This document shows, piece after piece, positions 40,086 to 51,004 of a DNA stretch of 64,000 nucleotides. Both the position numbers and the translations under genes were made by a program. The notes under the pieces are model-generated. The model made no database searches. It was given only the letters and a program-made list of their open reading frames with translations, and was not told the origin of the DNA. The DNA is from Eledone cirrhosa (Eukaryota), in NCBI GenBank assembly GCA_964016885.1, contig OZ024751.1, forward strand, positions 45,260,001 to 45,324,000, written 5' to 3'. Within the stretch, counting starts at the first letter, position 1. Each line of letters starts with the position of its first letter.

Positions 40086-42310
40086 AAAGGGAGAGACATA
40101 GAGACTGTATGTGTGTGTGTGTCTAAGAGAGAGAGAGACTGTGTGTGTGTCAAAGAGAAAGACACAGGGACTGTGTGTGTGTGTGAGAGATAGCGACAGA
40201 CAAAGATTGTGTCAAAAGAGAGAGAGAGAGAGGCAGAGGCTTGTGTGTGTGTGTCAAAGAGTGAATGAAAGAAACAGCGCATGTATATATGTATCTGTTT
40301 ATATAAGATGTTATTACTATTGGTCAGACTGTAGTTATATGTTGTCCATCCCCCTACCTTTCCTACTTAGTATACTGTAAATACATTTGATAGTGCCATC
40401 CATATACCCACTTCCTATCCTGCATTATTTTCTAATCTATCTGGGAGTGTTTCCACATTACTGTCTTATGGGGATATATAATGAAATACATGTTTCAATT
40501 ATTTAATGCAAAATTTAGAGGGTTTTACTATAATTTTTCTGTGAAGTCATCCATTTTAAAAAGGTTTCTATTTAAATTAATACCTAACATACTTTTATAT
40601 ATGAACCTTGTGATAAGTTATGTTACAAATACCAGCTTGATAATGAACGTGTGCTATGTTATGAACATGATGTGGATGTGATGTGAACATGGATGATGTG
40701 AACATGTGCAATATTATTAATTATTTTAACCAAATGCAGCTGTAGTGAATTGTAAGATTATTTATGGTTTATTTAATCTTATTTTAAGTTAATAACTATA
40801 TTTTATTTTCTAAATTAGCCGTCATTTCATTATTTTATATAAGCTTCATAATTATTGTCTCTCTCTCTTCTGTCCAGTTATATCTGTGATGAATTTGTGG
40901 TCAATGATACGAAAGGAGGACACCTGGAAAAACTCCGAAAACATCTCCAGTCACTGAACAGGTATTTATCTTTACACTACATACTTAGTACACTTATATA
41001 GAGTAGTTGGTGATAAGGACATCCAGCTGTAAATAACTTGTCAAACAAACGTTTGAGAGGACTCTTCCGTCATCTCTCTAGTGTTGCTGCCATGATAAAA
41101 TGTACCTAGTACACTCTGTAGAGTGTGGGAACATATGTAAGTGGGATGTGAGCCCCACTGCCCTATCAGTACCAACGATTAAATACTGACTTAACTTGTG
41201 ACGATCCATCCATCTTTTGCTGGCAGGGAAATATGTTAAATGATGATGATGGTGATGATGACCACCCTCTGGCTCTATTATTGCTTGATATCCTACTTAT
41301 TTAAGTATTTTCTAATATATACACACGCATGTATGTGTATGTGTGTTTAAGTTAAAGTCTGTTCTAAGCCGAAGGGTCGTCAGGCTGGTGCTTATCTCTG
41401 GTTTCCTTGGTGTTAAATGACTGAGAATAAAAGACTCTCTCTGGATAGGATGCTGGTCTATCGCTGGATTAACTACCCAGGCTATTGCTGGTACTAACTC
41501 ACAGCTGAGTGTACTGGAGCAATCTTAAATGAAGTGTTTTGCTCAAGAACATGACATACAACCCAGTCCAGGAATGAAGCTGACATTATAATTATAAGTC
41601 CAATATCCTTACCACTTAGCCATGTCTGTGTTTGTATGTATATTGTGTATGATGGTCATTTTCTTCTTAACTCCCACAGTCGACATACAAATGTGTGTGT
41701 GTGTGTATATTATGTATGACAGTTTTCTTTGTCTTCTCAACCCCCACAGCCACAGAGACGTGTATGTTATGTATGATTATATTTTTCTTCTTAACTCCCG
41801 CCACAGCCCACAGAGTCGACTGAGAGATAAATCAAAAAGAACTTCTCAAACAGATTCAGTTGAAAATAACAAAAGGAAAAAAATCAAATTGGTGAGTGAT
41901 CTGCCCCCTTTTTTACGTTGAAGATAAGAGAGTAGTGTGGGTGTTAGATATATAGTAGGTAGTAGTGGAAGTGGTGATGGCTGTGGTAATATTATATGTA
42001 GTGGTTGTGGTAGTATGATTTTTAAATAATTTTGAAAATAGTCAAGAATTCAAAGGAGTTTACTAAATTAACTAACATTCTCATTATTAAGTTGGTGTCT
42101 GGAACAACAAATGTTCTTACATAAGACTATGATGGAATGATTGTTTTTGATAAAATTAAACCCTTTAGAATAAACAGTTTTCTATTGTAGAAACGGGTGA
42201 TTTCAGGTGGTTTGATATCAAAATGGTTAAAGCTTTGACAGACTATTATCTCACATAAATTGAATATCTTTATATTGATGTTTTCTTTATATATGTGTGT
42301 GTATATATGT

Positions 42311-42348
<38 letters not shown>

Positions 42349-45300
42349 TGTTTTGTTTTGAATCAGGACAAAGACACCAATCCCAGGTCATCTGGTCTTC
42401 GAAATTTGGGGAACACATGTTTCATGAATGCAGTTTTACAGTCGCTCAGGTAGGATATTTTGTGATTATTTTGTCAGAATTTCTCAGATGAAGGTGAACA
42501 ATTATCATAAACTGACTTATTTGAACTAGTAAGGCAGTGGATTGGCAGAATCATTAGAATGTCGGATAGAATGCTTTGTAGTATTCGTTCCAGTTCTCAA
42601 ATCCTGCCAAAGTTAACTTTCATCTTTTCAAAGTTAATAAAAAGCATTACCAGTCAAGTACTGTGGTTGATTCTCTCTCTCTCTCTCTCTCTCTCAACAG
42701 AAAGGTGTGTGTGGGGGGGGGGGGGGGGGGGCTGTTCGGAGATGTGTTGGAACAACATGCTTTTGTTATAGCTGACTATACAAAATAAATTTTCAGATAT
42801 TACTGGGGATTAATAGTTGAGAGAAAAGCATGTACTAATAATAAATACTATATATATATATATATATATAAATAAATTAGTCAATTGAAAACTGGTTCTA
42901 TTTGTTATTGAATGTCTGTGTTTTATTTTATGTTGCAGCAATATCGAGGAATTCTGTGGTTACATTAAGCGGTTGCCTTCTTTGGAAGATCAAGTATACA
43001 AAATGAGGAAATGTCATTATGCTAAACGAACAAAAAATGGGGAAGATGTGTAAGTATAACCTCATTTTTTATTTATATACCCTGAAGGTGTGTGGCTAAG
43101 TGGTTAGAGAATTGGATTCACAATCATGAGATTGTGAGTTCGATTCCTGGACCGGGCGATGCGTTATGTCCTTGAGCAAGACACTTTATTTCACATTGCG
43201 ACCGATAGATAGTATTAGCAATTGAAAAGACCAGCAGAAACATTGTTTTCTCGGTCTGATTTGACGAAAGTCGATCGACTGGTGATACCCTGTATGTGTG
43301 TGTGTGTGCATGTATATGTGTCTGTTTATATATATATATGCATGTATGTGTGTTCTTCTGATTTTATAAATTTTTACCATTATTGGAAAGTGTTGGATAA
43401 AATGCACCCAGTACACCCTGTAAAGTGGTTGGCTTTAGGAAAAGTATCTGGTTGTAGAAACCATGTCATATATGGAACGTAATGAAAAAAATTGTTTGCT
43501 TTGACCCATTTGATCTTGGACCGTGACAACCTGTCCAACACATGCCAGCATGGAAAGGGAAAGTAAAAGATGATGATGGTAGTGGTGGTGTTGATGATGA
43601 CGATGATGATTCATTTTTTTTTTTTTTGTTCTTGTAGGCTTTTAGTGGAAGAACTGCGGAAAACGTTGATAGCTTTATGGCAGGGAACCAAGACAGCTAT
43701 ATCTCCAGACTCTCTCTTCTCGGTGATCTGGCAAGTTGTACCCAGATTTAGGTTTGTATAGAAATGTTACATATTTCTAGTACTCTTTTCTTTCATCACA
43801 GTTATTTAATCTTCTTAACCGTACTTAATATAATAATAATAATAATGGTTTCTGATTTAGGCACATGGCCAACAATTTTGGTGGGAGGGGAAAGTTGATT
43901 AAATCAATCCCAGTACATTACTTGTGCTTTATTTTATCGACCCTACAAGGATGAAAGGCAAAGCTAATCTTGGTGGGATTTGAAATTGGAATGTAAAGAG
44001 CTGTAACTCTGCTGTGAAGCATGGTGTCCGCCACTCTACCAATAATGATATTAATAATCAACATATAAGGCAATTGAGTGAATCTAGTGATCCTTTATTT
44101 TGGTGTCAGCTCTGCCAAGAACATGATAACTTCCCTAGTGTTGGTGCCATGATAAAATGCACTTGGTAGAACACGGGATGGCATGTCGGGGCCTCTGGCC
44201 TCCATAGAGTTCAGTCTCCCCTATTACTACTACCACCACCACTACCACCAAAATCATTACTACTACTACTACATGCAAGTAAATCTCTATATTTGCTATA
44301 TTCCAGAGGTTACCAACAACAAGATGCCCACGAGTTCATGCGTTACCTTTTAGACAGACTCCACACAGAATTACTCACTCTTTTACCTTATCCAAATGAC
44401 AACAGTCCGTTTATTGGTCCAAAAGGCAAGAGTACTATAGTTACAGCCATATTTGGTGGTTTACTACAGAATGAGGTCAACTGTCTGATATGTAACATGG
44501 AATCTAAAAAACACGATCCTTTTCTTGGTAAATCTTTTTTCTTTTTTTCTATTGTTGTTGTTACAACACGCACTTCGTAGGTTTAACTAGTCTCCCATGA
44601 AATCACATTGCATATGAGGTTTCGTGGAGGTGTGTTTTTAACCCTTTTGTGATATGAAACTGCCTGAAACTATCTAAGCTTCAATGATTCAAAACTTTGT
44701 TTTACAGTGTTTATATCATCTTTAAAAAAAAAAACCTTCCATCATAATTTTATGTAAGCACTTTTAAGTTATTTTTCAAAGACTAACCTAATAATCAAAA
44801 AAGTTGTCCAATTAATTCAAATTTTTGATTATTTTCAAAATCATATGATAATTAAAAATATGGTAATGAAAAGGTTAAAGATACGTGTTTCAGTCTTTGT
44901 CACTAATTTTCCCAGTAACATGAGGTGAGATCTGAACTCAGAACACAAAGAGCTAGGACAAATACCACACAACATCCTGTCCAACACTGTAATAATTCTG
45001 CCAGTCGACCACCCTGGACTGAAACTTTAATTAGTTTAAATCACTAATGAAAACTTGACATCAGTTCCAATTTTAGGTTAATGTTGTTTCCCCCAAACCA
45101 ACCATTTCCTAACCAGGCCTACATATAAAATGCTGTGGGACTATTTCTTCAGTTTAGTTGCCAGGGCTCATAAACCATTTGGGTTCCCCTTCTTGCAGCT
45201 TTCAGCTGTTGACTCCTTCAAATATTCCAGGGGTTCAATTTTCACAGCTTTATTGTCTGTAGCCCTCTTCAAATGTTTTAGGGTCCCCTCAGGAAGTTGT

Positions 45301-45534
45301 ACAATCCCCTGTTGAAAATAACTGATTTGCTACATAAACTGACATTATTATTTATACTTCTATATTCTACATTTGTCTGTCTTCTAGATTTATCATTAGA
45401 TATTCCAATCCAGTATTGTTCAAAAGCAGCCCTCAAGTCCAAAGAAAGTGAAGGAAGGTGTAAATTAACTGGTGAGGACAAACTTAATTTTCTTCTCTAT
45501 ATTACAGACAAGTGTGTTTATGTATGAGTGTGTG

Positions 45535-45596
<62 letters not shown>

Positions 45597-48500
45597 GTCA
45601 TCTTCATCACTGTTTAGCATCTTTTTTCTTTATATTGTTTATATTGTTATATTACTCACACATTTTCTCTGTGTGTCTGTATATATGTATGGTCATATAG
45701 TCATCATCACCATTTAACATCTATTTTCCATGCTTGTTATATTTTTTTAATTGATGACACCCTCACCACCTTTTGACAGGGAGGACTGGATGCTTTTTAT
45801 TTTATCGTAATACCAACACTACTACTGTGCACTGTGTATATATATATATATATATATGACTGAAACCAGTAAAAGAATCTATATTTTCTTTTCTCTCACA
45901 AACATCCTTTCTTCCCTCTGCTTCTATCTTCCTTTGAAGGACATATATCTGAAACATTAAGACACTTTTCTAACTCTATTAAGTGCTATACTAATATACC
46001 ATTATTGCATTGTATTATCTTCATGTTCACTTTTCTGATTAAGCTAGAAATAAAAGACAAATCTCTAATTTATTTATTTCTATATATTTTCAGATTGTCT
46101 GACCAGTTTTACAGATATAGAAGAGTTAGAAGAATCAGAACTTTATATGTGTAGCAATTGTAAGAAAAAACAACATTCAACTAAAAAGTTTTGGATTAGA
46201 CGTTTACCAAATGTAAATAGATTATTTATTTATCTGCCAACTTTGTCTTTTAAACTCTGGTAAAATTTGGTTGTCATAGCAACTGTATCAACATCTATTC
46301 TGGTTCCTATAGCAACTATATTGCCATCTATTTTAGCAAGTTTCTCCTTTACTATAGGTGTTCTCTGGTTCTCTTATAAAGATGTTTCATAACAGTTGTC
46401 TGTATATATTTAATTTTACTAAATACAATCTGTTATTGACATTGTATAACCCTTATGTGACGGCTATGGGTTTGAACTCTCATAGCCTCAACACACTTAT
46501 TAGGCTTACATTTATGTCAGAGGTTCCTCACTGGTAAGGGTGTTGGACTTACGATCATAATGTTGTGGATTTGATTCCTGGACAGAGTTGTGTGTGTTCT
46601 TGAGTAAAACACTTGATTTCATGTTGCTCAAGTATACTCAGCTGAGAATGAGTACCTGCAACAGCTGGGGGCTTAACCCTGCTATGGACTGGCGTCCTGT
46701 CCAGAGAGGGAGTCTTGTACTCTGTTGCTTCACTCCTTGGAAACCGAGATAAGTACCTCCGAACTCAAGATAGACTTTAACTCTGCAATGGACTGGTGTC
46801 ATGTCCAGGGGAAAGTCATGTACTCTCAGTCGTTATACCCCTTGGAAACTGAGTTAACCACCGACCTGATGAGAGACAGACTTTAGACTTCTTTTTTTCC
46901 CCTCACTGCCTTTTTTAATCTGTGGCTTATTCTCTCTTATGTCAATAATATTTTAACATGAGATTTATTTCTATTCAGGTTCTATGTTTGCATTTGAAGA
47001 GATTTCGATGGAATTCTGTGTTTAGATTAAAAATTGAAACTTTTGTTGAGTTTCCAATACGTGGTCTTGATATGAACCGATATGTGTTAAACAACTTGGT
47101 AAGTTAGTATACAATACATAATATTTAACCCAGTACTGGTCAATATTCTGATTTCTTTTTTACTGCATTTCAAATACATGACATAAACTACCACCATCAT
47201 CAAATACATGAAACCTGTCTGTTTTATGGTTATCTTTCTTGCTATAGTTATCTCTCTTTATAAGAGATTACAAAATAATTAAAAATACTAAGAATGTGGG
47301 GCCTAATTTCACACAGATACGGCTCCCTGTATTGATGTTCTAGTAATCACTGTGTTATTCTGACCCTAGACATAGCTGAATGGTTAAGGAGCTTGCTTTA
47401 CAATCATGTAATTTAGGGTTCATTCACACTTTTTCTTTACCTTAGCAATGGGTCAACACAAGAACTGTTCATGAAATTAAGTAGACAGACACAATTGTTA
47501 ATGGTTACTTTGAGTTTTGGGCAGCTGACTTTTAAATCTTTTTACTTTTATCTCTACAATTGTGTATTCTAAATTTTTTATTTAAAAAATGACGAAAATG
47601 TTTCTCGTCTGTTAAACTGTGAATTTTGGTCATTTTTTCCAGCATGAGACACGAGGTAGCTTCTCTGGCAGCAACCTTTATGATTTAGCTGCTGTTATTG
47701 TCCACCATGGTTCTGGGTGAGTATATTTTCTCAACATCATCTGCTTCACCATATTTTCAAAATTCAAAATTAACTCAATGCTATGTGAATATAAATGATT
47801 CAATGTTTACATCAACTGACCAAAAGATTAGGCTTAATGATGGGTAAGTGGTCAGTCTTGCTTTGGTGTAATAGAATAGCACAGCTGTCCAGCATACAGT
47901 GTGTATGTGTTTGAGTCCTACACACAATATTACCTGATTTTCCCATCTCTAGGGGTTTATTATATACCTAAAGTTTTTTGACTATCATAGTAAAAGAAAC
48001 AGTTTATTTTAAACTATCGTCCTTTCAAAATCTAATCTCTGTTTTATTCCTTATTTGCCAGTGCTGGTTCAGGACATTATACTTCATATGCTATTCACAA
48101 AGGTGAGATCAATTTATATACTTCAAATGAACTGTTTGGTGGCAGGTATTAAATGTATGCTATTATGATTGATTGGTATTTGAGGAATAATTGTTTCTAC
48201 TTTTGGCACAAGGCCAGCAATTACCCAGTGCATTACTGGTACTTTATTTTATCGACCCCGTAAGGATGAAAGGCAAAGTTAACCTTGGCGGGATTTGAAC
48301 TCAGTCCGTAAAAGGGACGTAACTATGCTGCAAAGCATAGCATCCGACCCTTTACTGATACTGCCAATCCACCGCCCTCACGTATTTGAGGAATAATGAA
48401 ATGTATTATTGGTTGATAATCAACAAAATCCCAGACCTCATTCACTTACTTAATTGGAGTGGAACTCATCAAATCAGACCAAGGAAACAATGTTTCTATT

Positions 48501-48831
48501 GGTTTTTCCATTGCAATTCTTGGCAGAAAGAGCAATGCGAAATGAAGTGTCTTGCTCACCCAGTCTGAGAATCAAACTCACAACCTCACAATTGCAAATC
48601 TAATTCTGTAACCACTAAGCAGTGTTTTTCATAAGAAATATGGTAGCGAAAGTGTTACATTCTCTTCCTTTCTTTCTCGTTTCAGGTGTTTGGTACCACT
48701 TTAACGACAGTAATGTCACAGTGTGTAATGAAGAGACTGTGTCACGCTGTAAAGCCTATATCCTATTCTATGTGAGACGTGAATTTAAGCTTCCCGAAAA
48801 CATTGGAGTAAACAACAAAATTGATGATTAG
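4759..48831 (+). CDS. USP3: Ubiquitin carboxyl-terminal hydrolase 3 (ZnF-UBP + USP catalytic domain); 15 coding exons: 4759-4846,16533-16593,27756-27848,40878-40961,41807-41891,42367-42449,42939-43049,43638-43751,44307-44527,45388-45471,46094-46212,46979-47098,47643-47716,48062-48102,48686-48831
   Basis: Manual splice assembly gives a continuous 1524-nt frame (507 aa) with GT-AG at every junction. N-terminus MECPHL...CSVC...SPWICLYC...[13 protein letters not shown] matches the USP3 ZnF-UBP. Also present: Cys box [25 protein letters not shown], His box HHGSGAGSGHYT and WYHFND, and C-terminal KAYILFY. Confidence 0.96.
7300..8290 (+). repeat. Tandem array (~7 degenerate units of ~90-100 bp) of a common interspersed repeat segment, followed by longer copies
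   Basis: Recurrent gacctg(t/c)tagaaatagcagccaaat(c)tccctcaaatcaca; dispersed copies also at ~1045-1140, 1610-1830, 8900-8960, 9680, 20310, 48930 and 28110 (-). Confidence 0.8.
12155..12340 (-). mobile_element. tRNA-head SINE (major family)
   Basis: Reverse complement of TTGGCAGTATCGG...GAGTTCAAATCC (B box)...GGTCGATAAAAT.AAGTACCAG...GCTGGCCTTGTGCC. Confidence 0.85.
13475..13660. repeat. ~60-bp tandem repeat x3
   Basis: tggcat.tgtggtggatctct..gatag.agagagaagctttgaaaga repeated. Confidence 0.85.
15425..16120 (-). mobile_element. Cluster of four tandem SINE copies/fragments (major family)
   Basis: Repeated ggcacaaggccagc...ggtactttattttatcgaccccgtaaggatgaaaggcaaagttaacc...gatttgaactc. Confidence 0.85.
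16533..16593 (+). CDS. USP3: USP3 exon 2 (ZnF-UBP)
   Basis: ttttttcag| [21 protein letters not shown] |gtaaat. Confidence 0.95.
18330..18675 (-). mobile_element. Two adjacent SINE copies (major family); another at ~16845-17035
   Basis: Same consensus motifs as the other copies. Confidence 0.85.
19830..20105 (+). pseudogene. Degenerate 3' end of an RTE-clade LINE ORF
   Basis: Translated fragments [31 protein letters not shown] and [10 protein letters not shown] match RTE C-terminal motifs; interrupted by stops and frameshifts. Confidence 0.75.
20488..20652. mobile_element. pogo/Tigger-like MITE (copy 1, uninterrupted)
   Basis: TA-CTGTATATACTTGAATATAAGC ... GCTTATATTTGTGTATTTATGG-TA degenerate TIRs; homologous to 26419-26983. 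Confidence 0.65.
22690..22870 (+). mobile_element. SINE with RTE-like 3' tail ending in (GAT)n
   Basis: ggtgttaggaagggcatccagccgtagaaa...aacccatgctagcgtggaaaatggacgttaaacgaagatgatgatg; many reverse copies (31605-31800, 38295-38400, 39200-39340, 50265-50520). Confidence 0.75.
22922..23105 (-). mobile_element. Near-full-length SINE (major family) inserted in a TTAA-ended MITE-like repeat (22870-23259)
   Basis: SINE consensus flanked by the imperfect duplication atct(t/c)acataat; flanks match 54680-54840 inverted and end in AGGG-TTAA. Confidence 0.75.
23820..24219. mobile_element. hAT/Charlie-like MITE with 8-bp TSD and nested truncated SINE
   Basis: Perfect TIRs CAGCGTTTCTCAACC/GGTTGAGAAACGCTG; TSD ATCTAGTG at 23812-23819 and 24220-24227; nested SINE 23950-24024 with 16-bp TSD cctagttttaaataat. 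Confidence 0.92.
25818..26010 (-). mobile_element. Penelope-like fold-back insert in a (TA)n tract with hammerhead 3' half
   Basis: 56-bp arms (25897-25952 / 25955-26010, one G.T mismatch), GAAA-cggc..gccg-TC motif, TA runs on both sides. Confidence 0.65.
26419..26983. mobile_element. pogo/Tigger-like MITE (copy 2) interrupted by a TA-flanked inverted-repeat insert
   Basis: Ends homologous to 20488-20652; extra ~390 bp in the middle containing an 82-bp inverted repeat. Confidence 0.7.
27756..27848 (+). CDS. USP3: USP3 exon 3 (ZnF-UBP)
   Basis: cttag| [31 protein letters not shown] |gtaagt. Confidence 0.95.
28910..29530. repeat. Minisatellite, ~7 units of ~85-95 bp, each with an internal (CA)n
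   Basis: gtgttactggcatggctgtggtaaaagagaatcaatccaaagacccagtagccgtctatatctatctagcct(ca)n. Confidence 0.92.
29575..29720. repeat. Degenerate (CAT/CAC)n trinucleotide repeat
   Basis: Direct reading. Confidence 0.85.
30995..31405. repeat. Degenerate ~60-75 bp tandem repeat
   Basis: Recurrent gtctagatg...atacagatgtaatatgtctttatctgtagtaatagtag...caccagatg. Confidence 0.85.
31830..31980 (-). mobile_element. Second tRNA-head SINE family (CORE/Meta-like central motif)
   Basis: Reverse complement of aggcgcatggcttagtggtta...gagttcaattc...gagcaagacactttatttcacattgctccag; other copies ~38625-38760(+), 41480-41620(-), 43085-43200(+), 46530-46660(+), 48520-48622(-). Confidence 0.75.
34690..34915. repeat. 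~43-bp tandem repeat x5 derived from a SINE segment
   Basis: gagtgtactgggtgcattttatcatggcaccaacact repeated; same motif is dispersed elsewhere (e.g. reverse at 41085-41125). Confidence 0.85.
36881..37449 (+). mobile_element. Penelope-like fold-back element: ~250-bp inverted repeat with a minimal hammerhead in each arm
   Basis: Arms 36881-37132 / 37134-37393 are perfect apart from one 8-nt duplication; unpaired 3' tail to 37449; embedded in a TA-rich array. Confidence 0.75.
37198..37242 (+). ncRNA. Minimal type I hammerhead ribozyme (possibly degenerate)
   Basis: agtca-CTGAAGA-g-gtcaca[gagtg]tgtgac-GAAA-gaac-TA-tgact: stem I agtca/tgact, conserved core, stem II, tetraloop in place of stem III, UH site at 37236-37237. 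Confidence 0.7.
37450..37850. repeat. Compound array of (TA)n plus the near-palindromic unit TACACGCATGCATGTGTGTA
   Basis: About 9 units here and two more at 36805-36880, on the other side of the fold-back. Confidence 0.9.
37907..37984. mobile_element. Tiny Tc1/mariner-like MITE (78 bp)
   Basis: TIRs CAGGGTGTCCC...GGGACACTCTG with further internal inverted similarity. Confidence 0.6.
38851..39028 (+). mobile_element. Young SINE (major family) with 14-bp TSD
   Basis: TSD attatattgagatt at 38837-38850 and 39029-39042; B box GAGTTCAAATCC; CpGs retained. Confidence 0.9.
40878..40961 (+). CDS. USP3: USP3 exon 4
   Basis: tgtccag| [27 protein letters not shown] |gtattt. Confidence 0.95.
41807..41891 (+). 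CDS. USP3: USP3 exon 5 (linker with basic NLS-like KRKKIK)
   Basis: ccacag| [29 protein letters not shown] |gtgagt; converts phase 2 to phase 0 as exon 6 requires; alternative acceptors possible (see findings). Confidence 0.85.
42367..42449 (+). CDS. USP3: USP3 exon 6 (Cys box)
   Basis: aatcag| [28 protein letters not shown] |gtagga. Confidence 0.96.
42939..43049 (+). CDS. USP3: USP3 exon 7
   Basis: ttgcag| [37 protein letters not shown] |gtaagt. Confidence 0.93.
43638..43751 (+). CDS. USP3: USP3 exon 8
   Basis: ttgtag| [38 protein letters not shown] |gtttgt. Confidence 0.95.
   Translation, partial: AFSGRTAENVDSFMAGNQDSYISRLSLLGDLASCTQI
44307..44527 (+). CDS. USP3: USP3 exon 9
   Basis: ttccag| [19 protein letters not shown]...[26 protein letters not shown] |gtaaat. 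Confidence 0.96.
44638..44878. mobile_element. TTAA-flanked piggyBac-like MITE
   Basis: TTAA-CCCTTT ... AAAGG-TTAA ends; related inverted copy at ~42010-42232. Confidence 0.55.
45388..45471 (+). CDS. USP3: USP3 exon 10
   Basis: ttctag| [28 protein letters not shown] |gtgagg. Confidence 0.95.
46094..46212 (+). CDS. USP3: USP3 exon 11
   Basis: tttcag| [40 protein letters not shown] |gtaaat. Confidence 0.96.
46979..47098 (+). CDS. USP3: USP3 exon 12
   Basis: attcag| [40 protein letters not shown] |gtaagt. Confidence 0.96.
47643..47716 (+). CDS. USP3: USP3 exon 13
   Basis: ttccag| [25 protein letters not shown] |gtgagt. Confidence 0.95.
48062..48102 (+). CDS. USP3: USP3 exon 14 (catalytic His)
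   Basis: tgccag| [13 protein letters not shown] |gtgaga. Confidence 0.95.
48192..48381 (-). mobile_element. Full-length SINE (major family) with 16-bp TSD
   Basis: TSD gtatttgaggaataat at 48176-48191 and 48382-48397; 5' end GAGGGCGGTGGATTGGCAG with A/B boxes. Confidence 0.92.
48686..48831 (+). CDS. USP3: USP3 exon 15 (terminal coding exon)
   Basis: tttcag| [48 protein letters not shown]. Confidence 0.96.
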
Positions 48832-49714
48832 ATAAGCCATGAATGTGTTATGGGCAGACCACCATGTCCAACACTTACACACACATGCATACATACATAT
48901 ACATACATGAGCCAACAAGGGGAGCCCTGACGTGGTCGATCAACCTGCTAGATATAGCAGGCAATTTTCCCTACCATCTTGAAAAAAAGAAAGAAAAAAA
49001 GATATCTAATTAGGCTTGTTTGCTACTCAAATTTTGGGCCTCAAAAGCAAAGGGGGAGGGGGTTTCTTTCTCTCCAGGCTTACTGGTCTTCTGCTAGTGT
49101 TGCTATTTGTCTTGGTGACCTCGTGATTTAGGGTACCAACCCTTAACCTGGAGTATCTGTTAACAGAGAGACATAGAGAACGAGAGAGAGAGAGAGTGAG
49201 AAACTTAAGAGAGAACCAAGTTGTGGAACTGATTTGATTCATTAAGTTTTTGCGAGCCTGCTCTTGCTGCTACTGCTGCTGTTGTTCAGTTCTATTCCAG
49301 CTGTACCAATTGACTCTGCCACAATAAACTGACTATTCTTCAGTGTTACAGCTTTGTACAGAGATCAGCCTTCCTTGAATCCCAGATTCAGTTTCAATAT
49401 TTGCTGGAAGTCCCCACCTCAGGCCCTCCTCCCTCACATACACACCAGTCAAAGTTAGAAGCTTTTATAATTAATTCTACCTCATTGTGCTTCAGCTTCA
49501 CTGGCTGGAATACTTTTCCTATTTTTATTTGGGTTTTTTTTTTTTTTAAATTTAAAAAAAAAAAATGTTTATCCCTTCAAACACCCCCAGCATCCAGTTC
49601 TTATTTTCATAACAATGTTTTCAAAACTATTTACAATTTTTTATTTTATTTTTACTTTCGACAATAACATCTGATAGGAGGTTATTTAGCTGTGGAGTCA
49701 CTCAGTCCCTCCCT

Positions 49715-49912
49715 CAACCAGGCAATCATTCACTCTTACTCCCTCCCTTCCCTTGCTCAGGCAATCATTCACTCCCACTCACTCAATCCCTCCCTCATCC
49801 AGGCAATCATTCACTCCCACTCACTCAATCCCTCCCTCATCCAGGCAATCATTCACTCCCACTCACTCAATCCTACCCTCATCCAGGCAATCATTCACTC
49901 CCACTCACTCAA
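49715..49912. repeat. 42-bp minisatellite x~5 (probably in the USP3 3' UTR or just downstream)
   Basis: caggcaatcattcactcccactcactcaatccctccctcatc. Confidence 0.9.
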
Positions 49913-51004
49913 CATTTGTCAAATACAGCAATATAATAGCAGTTTTATTTTATTTTTCTTCATTGTCAACCAATCTAATTCTTTCACCCACCACCAACAC
50001 CACCATTACAATCATCATAACTACCATCTAGTTTAGTATATTTGGTTAAATTTTAAATATTTCCATTCTATTTTGGACTAAAACATTTTGTTAGAATAAA
50101 ATATTGGATTTATTTGAAAGCCAAGAAATTTTTAGATGTGACTTTCCATGTTTGAAACTCTCCTCAGAATTTATAGTAAAACATTCATTTGGAATTTTTA
50201 TTCTTACGAACAATAGCAAAGTATTTATGTTCATTTTATTATATTTCATATTCCATCATCATTTCATTTTAACGTCCTCTATCCCTGTTATCAAGGCTTG
50301 GATGGGTCTACATAGACCAAGTCAGTAACTGAAACTGAAGCAGAGCCATTGATTTCCCAGACAGACCAGGAATCTGTGTCTTGCTTATGTATGGTTTCAC
50401 AGTCTACCAAGTGCACAGAAGGGATTGCCATGTCTTTGACACAACTGAGGGTCACCCCAACCTTTTGTTTGTCAAGACTTCTATGGCTGAATGTCTTCCC
50501 TATCACCAACTACTATACACCATTTATTGTGTAGATCACCAACACTAGGGAGTTTGACAAGACCGAAGGGTCTGCCCAACTATTTCATATTTCAACAATT
50601 TTTTTTATTTTTATTTTGGTTTGGCATCATTCTTCATTGATAAAGCCATTGAGTTGCTAGTTTGGAACAACTGACTGAATGACTTAGTTTAATGTATTGA
50701 GTTCTTATGAAGCATCATAATTAATCATCATCAGATCAACAACAACAGCAGTAGCAGCAGCAGTATCACAGCCAGTGTAAAAAGTGGGAAATAAAAGATA
50801 TCGGCCAATGCCTTACCATTTCTATAAGAAGCAGTTCTTTCACCACGTGTTATCAGTTGAATGAGATTTTGTGATTTAGAGAAAAATTATCTCTGAGTAA
50901 GGAATTTTTCGATAAGTATAAGACCAAATAGAGTTCCATATACTTATTGCTTGTTCTTGTTATTATTATTATTATTCTTTTTTAAATTTTTTATTAAGGT
51001 GTAT

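Noticed and set aside
49692-50036. ORF with QAIIHSHSLNPSLI repeats
   Set aside because: Translation of a 42-bp minisatellite downstream of the USP3 stop codon
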